Source: Bdellovibrionota bacterium
GTDB taxonomy: Bacteria > Bdellovibrionota > UBA1018 > CAIPTA01 > JAALKR01
NCBI GenBank assembly: GCA_965207455.1
Contig: CBDBMJ010000003.1
Coordinates: forward strand, 320,001-384,000
Length of the DNA stretch: 64,000 nucleotides
Reading direction: 5' to 3'
Each line of letters opens with the position of its first letter. Position 1 is the first letter of the stretch. Below, in pieces: positions 41,801-51,340 of this stretch. The position numbers and the translations under genes were made by a program. Below the pieces are notes generated by a model that had not been told where the DNA came from, did not search any database, and saw only the letters and a list, made by a program, of their open reading frames with translations.

Positions 41801-42466
41801 TTCTGCCTGTCTTTCCATCTGTCGCTTTTGGCTTTCAATTTCCTTTAATATGTCGGTAACACGCAAAAGATTTTGCTCAGTACTTTCCAACTTGCGAGCA
41901 GACTCTCGCTTACGAGATTTATATTTTGTAATCCCTGCCACGTCCTCTATCATTGCTCGCCTGTCCTCAGGCTTTGCATTCACTAGCTCAGAAATTTTCC
42001 CCTGCTGAACAATGGAATACCCTCGCACGCCTGCACCCGTATCCATAAATAATTCTTGTATGTCCCGAAGACGACAAGGCATCTTGTTGAGTAAATACTC
42101 ACTCTCCCCATCCCGGTATAACCTACGCGTAATCGTCATCTCTCTAGCAATGGGATTCTCCACATTTGTTGCGCCCGCTGGAGCATTCGGCCCACTAATT
42201 TCCGGCAACATTTGAAGAATAAGACTCACTTCGGCAATATTCGCAGGAGCGGCCTCTTTGGTACCGCTAAAGATGAGATCCTCCATGGATTGACCCCTAA
42301 GGTTCCGTGGATTCAATTCCCCCAAAACCCAAAAAAAGGCATCCACTATATTGGACTTTCCACAGCCATTCGGGCCCACAATACCCGTAATCCCCTCATC
42401 AAAGTGGATCACCGTCTTGTCCTTAAATGACTTAAACCCCTGTAATTCTAACCGCTTAATCAGCAT
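38843..42466 (-). CDS. smc: Chromosome segregation protein SMC
   Basis: GFKSF, GPNGCGKSN, hinge, LSGGE, LDEVDAPLD. Confidence 0.97.
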   Translation of the reverse strand: MLIKRLELQGFKSFKDKTVIHFDEGITGIVGPNGCGKSNIVDAFFWVLGELNPRNLRGQSMEDLIFSGTKEAAPANIAEVSLILQMLPEISGPNAPAGATNVENPIAREMTITRRLYRDGESEYLLNKMPCRLRDIQELFMDTGAGVRGYSIVQQGKISELVNAKPEDRRAMIEDVAGITKYKSRKRESARKLESTEQNLLRVTDILKEIESQKRQMERQAEKARRYKEWKAKLHGMELSSSAYQWEQVREKIDTLGESKEKQEAQSLELQLRRETADTYVVQKRLEVVSSGKLSEELQQKWISQREQFSTVESNLLYKRKFLEDVEKTAQVLEEEEEVERSQLLGLESQRTEHQENSDSIQDLYEEISSRRTEKESIATDKREALQSGEEYAEESRNLLTQSSVECVDLEQELRTVENRLTDVQKKNKLLETQLGEKKEAQEKLLHEEQRVRDGLKQVQEEAKIAEGNLKVVSEKIHGLREETQNQQREASALGAQRAGTQAKLGTLREQKSRYEGSASGVQAVFQDLLVHNESWQEHVLGTLADLVIVESGKEVAVDAALGTHLELILTNNSSVACELAQKLREGESGHAAFADLTQVGEVPVGVDEDKSLCPLLRFVRLQEENPSQGRFLQFILKNTFHAHNLATAQSLACTYPDYTFVTDDGEICKGAWYLAGGYRGKTAGTLVMRNQEILQLEETLVGLEEKFQKMQDSLAQQEGILEGCESDRITLELAQKEKHWPLVSEKSSLLASVEAKYVEVSAAVKNTGEEWENFSREEEELKTKQETLEGKTQELEKKKADLEFTWEAAREKLAGLRTEAQESQEDLSKVRVEEASVLEQKKSAQGRLEYAREGLEAAQSRIANLLEKSQEKKVLGEETVAGISQLEKEIKETTTAVAEGENAYRTAKDEVDRLNSELDKYRETSEEAFTEERQIKDKLHDYTLSLKEAEMESQNLHDNILEKYGVELGEYTQTPEVIEQVESLKSQDEAFRKNLQLDVVRFREKIRKLGDVNTAAIEEFDELNERYTFLTEQKEDLENSMKDLRATIEKLNKISKERFFRAFNEVDKQFVKIFPALFGGGEAKLTLTDPDSFIETGVDIMAQPPGKKLQNINLLSGGEKTLTAISLIFSIFLVKPSPFCLLDEVDAPLDDANIGRFNTLLREMAQTSQFIVITHNKRTMELNDKLYGVTMENAGMSKMVSVQVRV

Positions 42467-42792
42467 GGCATTTATTTTAAACCTCTACGTGTAACAACAC
42501 CCCTAGCATATCGCAGCTTCCTTACTTTATGCAAGAATCCATGTTCAATAGTTTGCTTGGGGTTTTATGGGATTATGCTCCGCATTAATTAAATAAGAGA
42601 AATAGACGCATTTTTCTCCTGCCTAAGTCCGATTATAAGGCTTCGCTTAATAGAGACGGGGCTCTCGCGCAAGATAGCAGAATTTTTTTGTGACACAAAA
42701 ATTGCATTCCTTGGAGTGTGGGAGATATGATGGCGCAAAATAAGATAAATTCAAACTAGCACTGTAAATGATATTTGGAGTTTAAAATAAAA

Positions 42793-43866
42793 ATGCCTAA
42801 AGAAACATTAGGAATCAAACTTAACCTCAATATACTGAGGCACTGCAGAAAGCAAATGTCCCTGAGTATCGAGGAAGCTCAAAGAAAAGCAGGCATGACA
42901 ACCTTGCTTAAAGTTGAGGCAGGAGAACGTGAGCCAACCTTCAAGCAGATTGAAAAACTATCTGGAATATACTTAGTTCCTTCTTGGGTTTTTATGGAAG
43001 AAGCGCTGCCTAAAAAATATAATTTTTCCAAAACCATCCCTTCATTTAGAAAATTTCAGAACTCACAGGGTGACAAATTTAAATATAAATCCAGATTTCT
43101 GATCACAATGATAGAAAGTTTTAGAGAAACAATCATAGACCTCAAAAAAGAAATGAAGGAGTCGGTCCATAAGTTTTCTCCGCCTATCGAAGGAATAAGC
43201 TCTAACAATATTGAGTCTTGCGCTAATGAAGTTCGTTCATGGCTAGGGGTTAAAAAAGGATCGCTTAATTTTAAAGAGTGGCGAAAAAGGGCAGAAAAAA
43301 AAGGTGTCTTTATTTTTGCCACTAGCGTTTTCCCTGGCTGGTCAAAAATTGAGCCAAGTGTTTTCCGGGGTCTTAGTGTTTATCATGAAACCTTGCCCAA
43401 AATTGAAATATCAAGGTTCAGACGTGAAATTGATGAAAATCGGAATATCAAAACTGTGAAAAAAATCGCTAGAAAATTCAAAGTGAGTGACTACGCAACC
43501 ATTGTAAGACTAAGAGTTCTAAAATTTATTGATCAAAAAACATTCAATAAACTAAAATCCAGCATTGATAAAGAACATGAAATTAGACCGACAAAGTCTC
43601 TGCCTATCCCCATCGAAACAACCGAGGCGGCACTTACAAAAGACCACAGGGAACATTCGAAAATTTACAGGTATAAATCGAAGCTGAGCGCAGATAGTCC
43701 TGCTAAGAAAATGAACAAAAGGTTGCTCAAACAATACGGTGGAACCTATTTAGAAACTATAATACAGGCCTATTTCAACAAAGACATCACTCTACATAAA
43801 GCAAGAAATATGCTTGGACTTAAAAAAACCGACTATATACTGAAATTAATTGAAGATATCGCATGA
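42793..43866 (+). CDS. XRE-HTH / ImmA-IrrE-like protein lacking the HExxH peptidase core
   Basis: HTH (VEAGEREPTFKQIEKL), PSFR, FRG...LP, FKVS; no HExxH; paired with DUF4411. Confidence 0.7.
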   Translation: MPKETLGIKLNLNILRHCRKQMSLSIEEAQRKAGMTTLLKVEAGEREPTFKQIEKLSGIYLVPSWVFMEEALPKKYNFSKTIPSFRKFQNSQGDKFKYKSRFLITMIESFRETIIDLKKEMKESVHKFSPPIEGISSNNIESCANEVRSWLGVKKGSLNFKEWRKRAEKKGVFIFATSVFPGWSKIEPSVFRGLSVYHETLPKIEISRFRREIDENRNIKTVKKIARKFKVSDYATIVRLRVLKFIDQKTFNKLKSSIDKEHEIRPTKSLPIPIETTEAALTKDHREHSKIYRYKSKLSADSPAKKMNKRLLKQYGGTYLETIIQAYFNKDITLHKARNMLGLKKTDYILKLIEDIA

Positions 43867-44382
43867 AATATTGTTTTGACGCCAGTTCCTTCATACATCT
43901 CTGGAATGAGGCCTATCCAAAAGGAACATTTCCTACTCTATATGACAAACTAAAAAAACATTCTGAAAAAATAATTTTAATCAAACCCATTTTTTTAGAA
44001 ATAGAAAAAGAATCAAACCTTATTTTATGGCTTAAACGTATAAGCTTAACTCCTATAGAAATAGCAGAAAAACACACAGTAGCGGCGTTCAATATGAGCA
44101 AGAAATACGGAATAGACGACAACACTAATGGAGCTAACGAAAATGATGTGAGATTAATTGCTTTTGCAAAAATGGAAAATTATACTTTAGTTACTGAAGA
44201 AAAATATCAAACCCCCCCCACCTGAAAATTTATGGAGCTATAGAATTCCCTTGATTTGCAAAGAGGAAAAAGTTACCTGTATGAAGTTTGTAGAGTTTCT
44301 ACAAGACAGTGAAATAACGGTCCAGCCCCTCGCCCAAGCATCACCTAGAAAATTCCTGACGATTAAACGTCATATTTATTGA
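43863..44382 (+). pseudogene. DUF4411-like PIN-domain protein, frameshifted at a C8 run (44212-44219)
   Basis: YCFDASSFI, D..LIAFA, VTEE; RIPLIC..EFL (KIPxVC-like) continues in the shifted frame. Confidence 0.75.
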
Positions 44383-44764
44383 GGTATTCCTCTATGTCTT
44401 TATACCAAGGAGTTACCCCTGTTCTATTGGAGGGGAACCTTTCACATGCAGCCGCAAATACGTCTTTGGTTTTGGAGCCAATGAAGCACACAGGTATCCC
44501 GCCTTGTTTTTTTATTTTCTGATTGATGGGTTCTATTTTATCAAAAACTGCTCGCAGAGCAAGTGAGTCCCAATACTCTAAATCTCTAACATCAATAATA
44601 ACTACATCTGATTCCAGCAACGCCAAAAGGGATTTGATGGCATCTTTTAATTCTCCAAATGTGGCATCGTCTACACCATAGCCCACTTCACCAGATAATT
44701 GTAAAATCGTACCGACTGAAACATTTTTTTTATCCTTCAATACTTCTTTTTTTATAGTAAGCAT
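44363..44764 (-). CDS. STAS-domain anti-sigma-factor antagonist-like protein
   Basis: LQLSGEV...VIIDVRDLEYWDSLAL (DS phospho-acceptor); RBS aggaggag. Confidence 0.75.
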   Translation of the reverse strand: MLTIKKEVLKDKKNVSVGTILQLSGEVGYGVDDATFGELKDAIKSLLALLESDVVIIDVRDLEYWDSLALRAVFDKIEPINQKIKKQGGIPVCFIGSKTKDVFAAACERFPSNRTGVTPWYKDIEEYLNKYDV

Positions 44765-44791
44765 TCTCCTCCTCCTACACTTCCGTATTTT

Positions 44792-45229
44792 CTAATCAAT
44801 ATCTGTGCCAGCATCAATCTTTAAATTAACTTGAATTGTTACTACACCATCATCTGCAACAGAATGTTTTCTTTTGTAATCAAGGAATTCTTTGACTGAA
44901 TCGCCACAAACATTATCTACTTCACTTGGATCAAAATACTTTCCACCATCATACTCCATATCTATTTTGCAACGAGTTTTTGAGGAGTTCGATTTTGAGG
45001 CAACGCTAATCTTTGTCCATGTTTGGTTATGATCAACGATATTTGCCACTTCCTCTACTATCTTCCGACACATTTTTATTACTAAATTTTGGTTTTTAAA
45101 AATCTCCCTCGTTCCCCTTAGCATTTCCTTTAATTCTGTAAATTTTTGAGAACTGTGTCGTTTCCCAAACATTTTTGGGTCTTTTTTAAAGTCTGATTTA
45201 ATCGCTGCCCAACGCTTGCCTCCACTCAT
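44792..45229 (-). CDS. Divergent RsbW/SpoIIAB-like HATPase
   Basis: N-box EEVANIVDH and G1-box DGGKYFDP; GxGL box absent. Confidence 0.55.
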   Translation of the reverse strand: MSGGKRWAAIKSDFKKDPKMFGKRHSSQKFTELKEMLRGTREIFKNQNLVIKMCRKIVEEVANIVDHNQTWTKISVASKSNSSKTRCKIDMEYDGGKYFDPSEVDNVCGDSVKEFLDYKRKHSVADDGVVTIQVNLKIDAGTDID

Positions 45230-46140
45230 CCTTTATTCCTTATCATTAGACAAGAAACGTCATCATTTAGTTCCCTGCACAACAGTTTATCTTCAAAGTT
45301 TTTTAGCAACTTTAATAGTAAACCATAAATATTTTCTTTTTTAAATTTGGCAAGAGAAGGAATTTGCACATCCAACTTTTCATCAGAGAATTTATTAAAG
45401 TTTTGCAGAAACCCATCTGAGAATGTAATCAGAGTGTCTTTTTTTTCTAGCGTTAAAATATCAACCTCAAATCTTTCTTCCTTTTTCTTATTTCCAACAG
45501 GGGGCCACGAAGAGCCGTTAAACACCTCCAGCTTATTTCCCTTACTCCTCAAAACATACGGTCTTGGCATTCCTGCGCAAATTAACTCAAGCCTATCACT
45601 TTTTTCATACGCAGTTATAAAAAAAGAACTAGGACTGTCTTGCCACATTTTTTTATTTTGCCCTATGACCTTATTGAGGAACGTATATATTGAATCTGGT
45701 CGAGCATGATCTTTCAGCATATTAAGAATAAGTCCGGAGAGTAAAAATAAATAATCCGTATCACGAGATGCTGGTGCTCCCATTCCCGCCGCATCACAGT
45801 GTAGTAGGTGCGCCTTTCCCCACGAATTCTTAGCATAGTAGAATATTTTATCGCCAGACAATTTTCGAGGGTAGGAAAAATAAGCAATTTCCCAATGCTT
45901 ATACACCTTATGAAAGCAAGATTTTTCAAAATCATACCGTGGCACATCCGCTTTTTCATCTTCAAAAAGCTTGAGAATCTTATATCTTAGGGCTTCTGAT
46001 GCTCTCCCTCCACTTTCCAGCCTAGAAATATGCACCTGCGTAGTCTCAAGCCTTTTTGCTATTTCCTTTTGACTAAGCCTGAGCCTTTTTCGAATATCTT
46101 TGAGAGCCTCGGCGATGGTAGGGGCTTTTTTTGTGTCCAC
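45226..46140 (-). CDS. XRE-HTH fused to SpoIIE/PP2C phosphatase
   Basis: LSQKEIA...ISRLESG; SGD, DAAGMG, AGMP, SDG, DDVS. Confidence 0.85.
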   Translation of the reverse strand: MDTKKAPTIAEALKDIRKRLRLSQKEIAKRLETTQVHISRLESGGRASEALRYKILKLFEDEKADVPRYDFEKSCFHKVYKHWEIAYFSYPRKLSGDKIFYYAKNSWGKAHLLHCDAAGMGAPASRDTDYLFLLSGLILNMLKDHARPDSIYTFLNKVIGQNKKMWQDSPSSFFITAYEKSDRLELICAGMPRPYVLRSKGNKLEVFNGSSWPPVGNKKKEERFEVDILTLEKKDTLITFSDGFLQNFNKFSDEKLDVQIPSLAKFKKENIYGLLLKLLKNFEDKLLCRELNDDVSCLMIRNKG

Positions 46141-46505
46141 TTAAACAAATCCTCTATTTATAATTATACATAAAATTCTCATAATATAGTATAAATGAAA
46201 AAATTATATATATAAAAATAGTAATGATATAACTACTTGTTTTTAAACATCTTTTTCTGTATATAGTTTTTGTCATGTATGTATTTTTTAATTTTTTTAT
46301 AAAATTTCTTTAAAAAACCATACTTTTTTAGAAAAAACACGCTATTTTTTGCATTTTATTCATTAAATTTAAGTAATTTGCTATAAATACAAAATAATAT
46401 ACATAAAAAAATCCACTTTAATTTCAATAGTTTATGCTGTTTAAGTATACTCTACTGTCTGAAAAATCTCTATGTATATACATTAAAATACTCAGTGGTT
46501 TTCCA

Positions 46506-47612
46506 TCATGATAATTTGAGTTCATCCGTCACTTTGAGGTTTTCCACAAACCGCGTGTCGTGGCACACAATTACCATTGCTCCTTCAAACTTCTTGATCG
46601 CTGCCTCCAAGAATTCAATGTTACCAATATCCAAGTTATTTGTTGGTTCATCAAGAATCAGGAGTTGCGGTGGTGGATCTTGGAGCAATATCTTCGCTAA
46701 AGCCGCTCGCATCTTTTCACCACCACTAAGGGTGGCCACAATCTGATTAACTCCGTCGCCTCGAAAAAGAAACTGGGCAAGAAAATTTCGTATTTCACCT
46801 ATAGGAGTCTGAGTTACCCCTTGAATATTTTCAAGTATGGAGCGGTCTGATTCTAAAATACTGAAGGACTGATCGAGCAAACCAAAAGAAACATCTCCTA
46901 AACGGAGATCTCCTCTACTCTCACCCTGTAGTTTTTTGAAACCAGTAATTAGATTGAGCAAAGTGGATTTTCCTGATCCGTTTTCTCCAATCAAGCGCAA
47001 CCTAGATCGACCTTTTAGCCCATAAGATACATCATCCTTCCAAAGATATTCGGCCCCACTATACTTAAAATTGAATTCTTTTGCCTCAAACACAAGTCGA
47101 TTCGATGGCAAAAACGTCTTTGGAAATTCTGCATAGATGATATTATTCACCTTCAAGCTGCCGGAGGCCCTCTGAGCATCAGCAACCCTGCTATTGATTG
47201 CTTTCTCAGTTTCCACGTTCAACCTTCCTTGCGTTCTCTGCGCTTTCCTCTTCATGTCGCCTTGAATAGCCTTATCGACTCCAGTTCTAAGAGCGGCTTT
47301 TTTACCATCTCTTGTCCGCTTCTCTTGACGTTCCAGTTTAATAATACGATCTTGTTTTGATTTCTTTGCTGCTCTTTTTGTCTGGTCCAAACCTTCAAAT
47401 AACCTATCCCGTTCCGCTCCACTTTCAGCTTTATAGAATTCCCAGTTACCACCAAATACAGTTAAACCGACATTCGATAATTCAAATATAACATCCACAT
47501 GCTCCAATAATTCACGATCATGGGAAATAACTAAGACACTTCTACGGGTTTGCTTTAGAAAATCATAGACTGAATCAATTATTATCGACATATTAACCTC
47601 ACCGTTGAACAA
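46506..47612 (-). pseudogene. 5'-truncated ABC-F family ATPase
   Basis: Begins at the H-loop (SHDR) of the first ABC domain; second domain complete (GENGSGKST, LSGGE, LDEPTNNLD). Confidence 0.8.
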
Positions 47613-47808
47613 AGACGCAATTCAAGGATAAATTTTATGGGAATTAAAACTGGATTTAGTTAGATATGATCATAATAGTCCGATTCAGAGCCGGACCTCT
47701 TTATTGTCGCTTATTCGAGCGCTTATTGCAACGGTCCAAAAAAGGGGGAATCCGCTCTTGACTAATTGAGTCATAAATGGTAAAACAATATATTCAAGAG
47801 GTATCATT

Positions 47809-49176
47809 ATGAAAAAGTCAATAATAACAGTCATGTGTATCGCTATAACTCTTGCCTCCACTCGAGCCTCCTGTAACACTCCCAACATACCCGGGGAGAA
47901 ACCCTTCAGAACAGCTATCGTCTTTTCTGGGCTAGTCCTAAACACTGCCTTCTTTTTAGGCATGTTTGACGGAATAGAAACCTCTGCCTCCGGACTGAAA
48001 GATATAGACCTTATTATTGGCAGTTGTGGTGGAGCCATTGCCGCTGCCCTTATCAATACTATTCCTGACTCCACAAAACGCTTAGAGTATATAAAAAGTG
48101 AAACGTTCCATAAGACATTACTCATAAACCAAGAACGAAATAAGAATACTGGTGAAAGTAAAGTGAATAATGCTGGTATACTAAAACTTGCCAGTATAAT
48201 TGTTAAGCTGGGATGGGAAGCGTCGGATATAAGGAGCGTGCAAAATAAAATACTTCAAGAGTATAAACAAAGAAAAATCGAGAATACAACAGCAAGCACC
48301 ACTATAAAGGAATTTTTAAGCAAAAATTCTTCCTCTGGTTCTTCTTCTGGCGAATATACCTATCCCTTTAGTAATAGTCTAGATGCAGATTTCTCGCTTT
48401 TAAGATTAGATGATGATGAGTTCGAAAAGTCTAAATACCTAAGAAAGAATTTTAATAAAAATAACATACCTATTATATTAATAGGATCACGCGCTGGTTA
48501 TAGTAGTATGCAAGATCTCCATAAGACGGGTGGATCCTATCCTGAGCATCTGGGATCCTCTCTCCTCGTCGGTATGAAACGCTTCACAGAAATATTACTT
48601 ACAGATAAACATACAGCAAGTAAAATACCGAAAAATTTTAAATCATTCATTGGCTCTACTCAACCAATGAGCGCTATTCGTGAAAATGTGGCGATTATAT
48701 CTGACCTCACTTTAGCACAAGCTGTACGTATATCAGTTTCCGATCCCATACTAATCGGACCTGTGGAAATTGAAAATAACCATTATCTAACTGGCGCCGT
48801 TAATCTATATCCAATTAATATTGCAGAGTCTCTAGCAGATAAAGTAGTAACGCTCTATCCATATTCCTTTCCTTTTTATGCGAATTGGACTATGTTATCC
48901 GCATTCAAATTTGATACAAATAAAATTCGTTACGACATAATAGAGAAGAATTCTAACGTAAATTACTGGGTAGACATGAGTGACCTAACTGATACAGCAC
49001 CACGCATGACCCCTGGGGTAGAATACATTTCTTTTCAATGGAACGTTCCCGAAAATTACGACGATTATAAAATAATTGTAGAGAAACAATATGCCTATGG
49101 TTTTAATCGTTCCGTGGAATCTCTAAACTATAAAGATAGCAAAAGCCATATTAGAAACCGCCTAGAAGAACCATAA
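47809..49176 (+). CDS. Secreted patatin-like protein with atypical motifs
   Basis: AIVFSG..., IGSCGGA, AVRISVSDP, YLTGAVNLYP; signal peptide. Confidence 0.6.
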   Translation: MKKSIITVMCIAITLASTRASCNTPNIPGEKPFRTAIVFSGLVLNTAFFLGMFDGIETSASGLKDIDLIIGSCGGAIAAALINTIPDSTKRLEYIKSETFHKTLLINQERNKNTGESKVNNAGILKLASIIVKLGWEASDIRSVQNKILQEYKQRKIENTTASTTIKEFLSKNSSSGSSSGEYTYPFSNSLDADFSLLRLDDDEFEKSKYLRKNFNKNNIPIILIGSRAGYSSMQDLHKTGGSYPEHLGSSLLVGMKRFTEILLTDKHTASKIPKNFKSFIGSTQPMSAIRENVAIISDLTLAQAVRISVSDPILIGPVEIENNHYLTGAVNLYPINIAESLADKVVTLYPYSFPFYANWTMLSAFKFDTNKIRYDIIEKNSNVNYWVDMSDLTDTAPRMTPGVEYISFQWNVPENYDDYKIIVEKQYAYGFNRSVESLNYKDSKSHIRNRLEEP

Positions 49177-49272
49177 TTATTACAAATTGAACCAAACACA
49201 TGCATTTTTGTGCCCAAGAATTTATTCCTGCGTGATTTAAGCGTGATTCAGATGGTTAATATAAGGTAACTA

Positions 49273-50504
49273 GGGGTCTCCTAACTTGATGGTGTGCGCA
49301 CCGCTTCCTGACCATTTTACTTAGATGAGACATAGGTACCAACTTTCAGTAAGATTAAATTGTAAAAGCTTAATTTTATTAAAAGAAAGGACACCTATGT
49401 CTCCAGAAAATCATCTCGTAAATCGCTTCATTTTGCCAGACTTGAAGTTCAAAAAATTCATAAAACAATCTAACAAGACGTTTCTCTTCTTCTGCGTTAA
49501 GAAGAGCCAATGGGAAGTATCGTAATGAACTCCTTTATGACTTCAGGCAATCGTCTTGCGCAACAACTGTTGCTAAAAAGCTAAGATGCTCCACCTCTTT
49601 TGTGACTTACACTGTGAATGAAAGGCTTGAGCTTGAACTTAGAAAGTCAAGGAACGCTCCTTGGTCTAAAACAGTCTTAATTGATGAGCATGCTTTTGGT
49701 CGCAATAAGAAATTCAGGATAAAAGATTTTGTTACTTGCTTTGTCGATAATCCTCGTCGATGCCTAAGAGAAATGGCATCTGGTCGTAATCATACTGATC
49801 TTTATGAAGCTATTAAACACATCCCTGGGAAAGAAAATGTATCTCATGTTGTTATTGATATGAGTGCAAACTATAAAAATTTTGCAGAAAGTTATTTCAC
49901 AAATGCTCGTATTGTTGTTGATAAGTTTCATGTTTTAAGACTTCTCTTAAGGAACGGGAGAGATTTAAAAACCTATCAAAAAAGGGCGATTGGAAGATTT
50001 TGTAGAGAAAACCCTACCCTTGGTGAGGTCTATAATTTCAAAGAGCGAATAAATAACTTTTATAGAATAAAAGGCTTCAATCAAGCATCAAGAATTTTAA
50101 CAAAGATCACTGATGATATGGCCTTATCCAAAATAAAAGAGATTAGAACGATGCGTAGAACAGGTCTCACCAATGCTCGTATTAAAGGATTCAATCGAAA
50201 GTGTAAGCTCCTTCAGCGGCAGGCATACGGTTTTCAAAACTTTGAGAACTATAGGCTGCGAGCACTCTACAAATGTAGTTAGGGCCAGAACTAGATGCCT
50301 TTGAAGGGCCTAAGGTTCGTTTTGGAGTATAGGAAGCACTGATTTTAAAAAATCAGCTGGATAGCTTTATCTTAAATCCTATAAATATGTTGAAAATGAC
50401 TATAAATCATGCGATATCCATGAACAGAAACTGAAAGTTGTTACTCGTGTGAGCCTCTAGGACTGTGTTTTGGAATGACTTCCACCATTAACTTTAGAGA
50501 CCCC
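49273..50504 (+). mobile_element. Degenerate ISL3-family insertion sequence
   Basis: Terminal inverted repeats ggggtctcctaacttgatggtg / caccattaactttagagacccc (18/22); transposase fragments IDEH, VIDM, DKFHV, GFNRKCK...AYGF.NF. Confidence 0.88.
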
Positions 50505-50973
50505 TTTATTCCACATTGTGTGTGGCGGAGAGGGAGGGCTCGACCCACTACAGGAAACCCCCTCCAGGGATTTCCCTGCGTAGGCTCCCCTACGCAATTT
50601 AAAAAATCATCAAGGATTTTTTTCCCCTCACTAGTTCCTCGCTAGCTCGGAACCAGCGCGGGTCATTGCTCCGCGTTCGAATCCCTCTGCTTATTTTGTA
50701 TGTGTGGGTGCTAGGGTTTGAAAGGTTCAACTACTCCACATTGTCATATTGGCGGAGAGGGAGGGCTCGACCCACTACAGGAAACCCCCTCCAGGGATTT
50801 CCCTGCGTAGGCTCCCCTACGCAATTTAAAAAATCATCAAGGATTTTTTTCCCCTCACTAGTTCCTCGCTAGCTCGGAACCAGCGCGGGTCATTGCTCCG
50901 CGTTCGAATCCCTCTGCTTATTTTCCTATGTGTGGGTGCTAGGGTTTGAAAGGTTTTTATTCCACATTGTGTG
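50505..50973 (-). repeat. tRNA-linked tandem repeat, two ~225-bp units plus a truncated third, each ending in the tRNA-Ser 3' terminus
   Basis: tggcggagagggaggg at 50523, 50750 and 50974 (the tRNA itself); units nearly identical. Confidence 0.95.
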
Positions 50974-51063
<90 letters not shown>

Positions 51064-51089
51064 CATTTTTTCCTGCCGTCATACTCAAG

Positions 51090-51166
51090 TGGCACGCGAG
51101 AGAGGAGTCGAACCTCCGACCTACAGATTCGTAGTCTGTTGCTCTATCCAGCTGAGCTACTCGCGC
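51090..51166 (-). tRNA. tRNA-Arg (ACG)
   Basis: GCGCGAGTAGCTCAG...ACAGA-CTACGAA-TCTGT...GTTCGACTCC...GCCA. Confidence 0.96.
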
Positions 51167-51340
51167 ATGCGGCTCTCTTTTTATCAATAGCCCATAGTGC
51201 AGTCTTTTTGCAAGATTCGCGTTGTATTGCCCTAGCTTTTCTTCCCACTTCCCTTAACCGCCAAATTTAGTTATAGTACCCCCTTAGAGTAGTGGTTTGG
51301 AGGGCATGCCATCTACGCAGGTGGCAACGCAGGGTTTTTC

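Noticed and set aside
39006..42430. Multiple plus-strand ORFs inside smc (similar ones inside nrdA, gyrA, gyrB and the men genes)
   Set aside because: Antisense shadows of well-supported genes
50505..50973. Possible CRISPR array
   Set aside because: Units are ~225 bp and near-identical throughout, with no unique spacers and no cas genes
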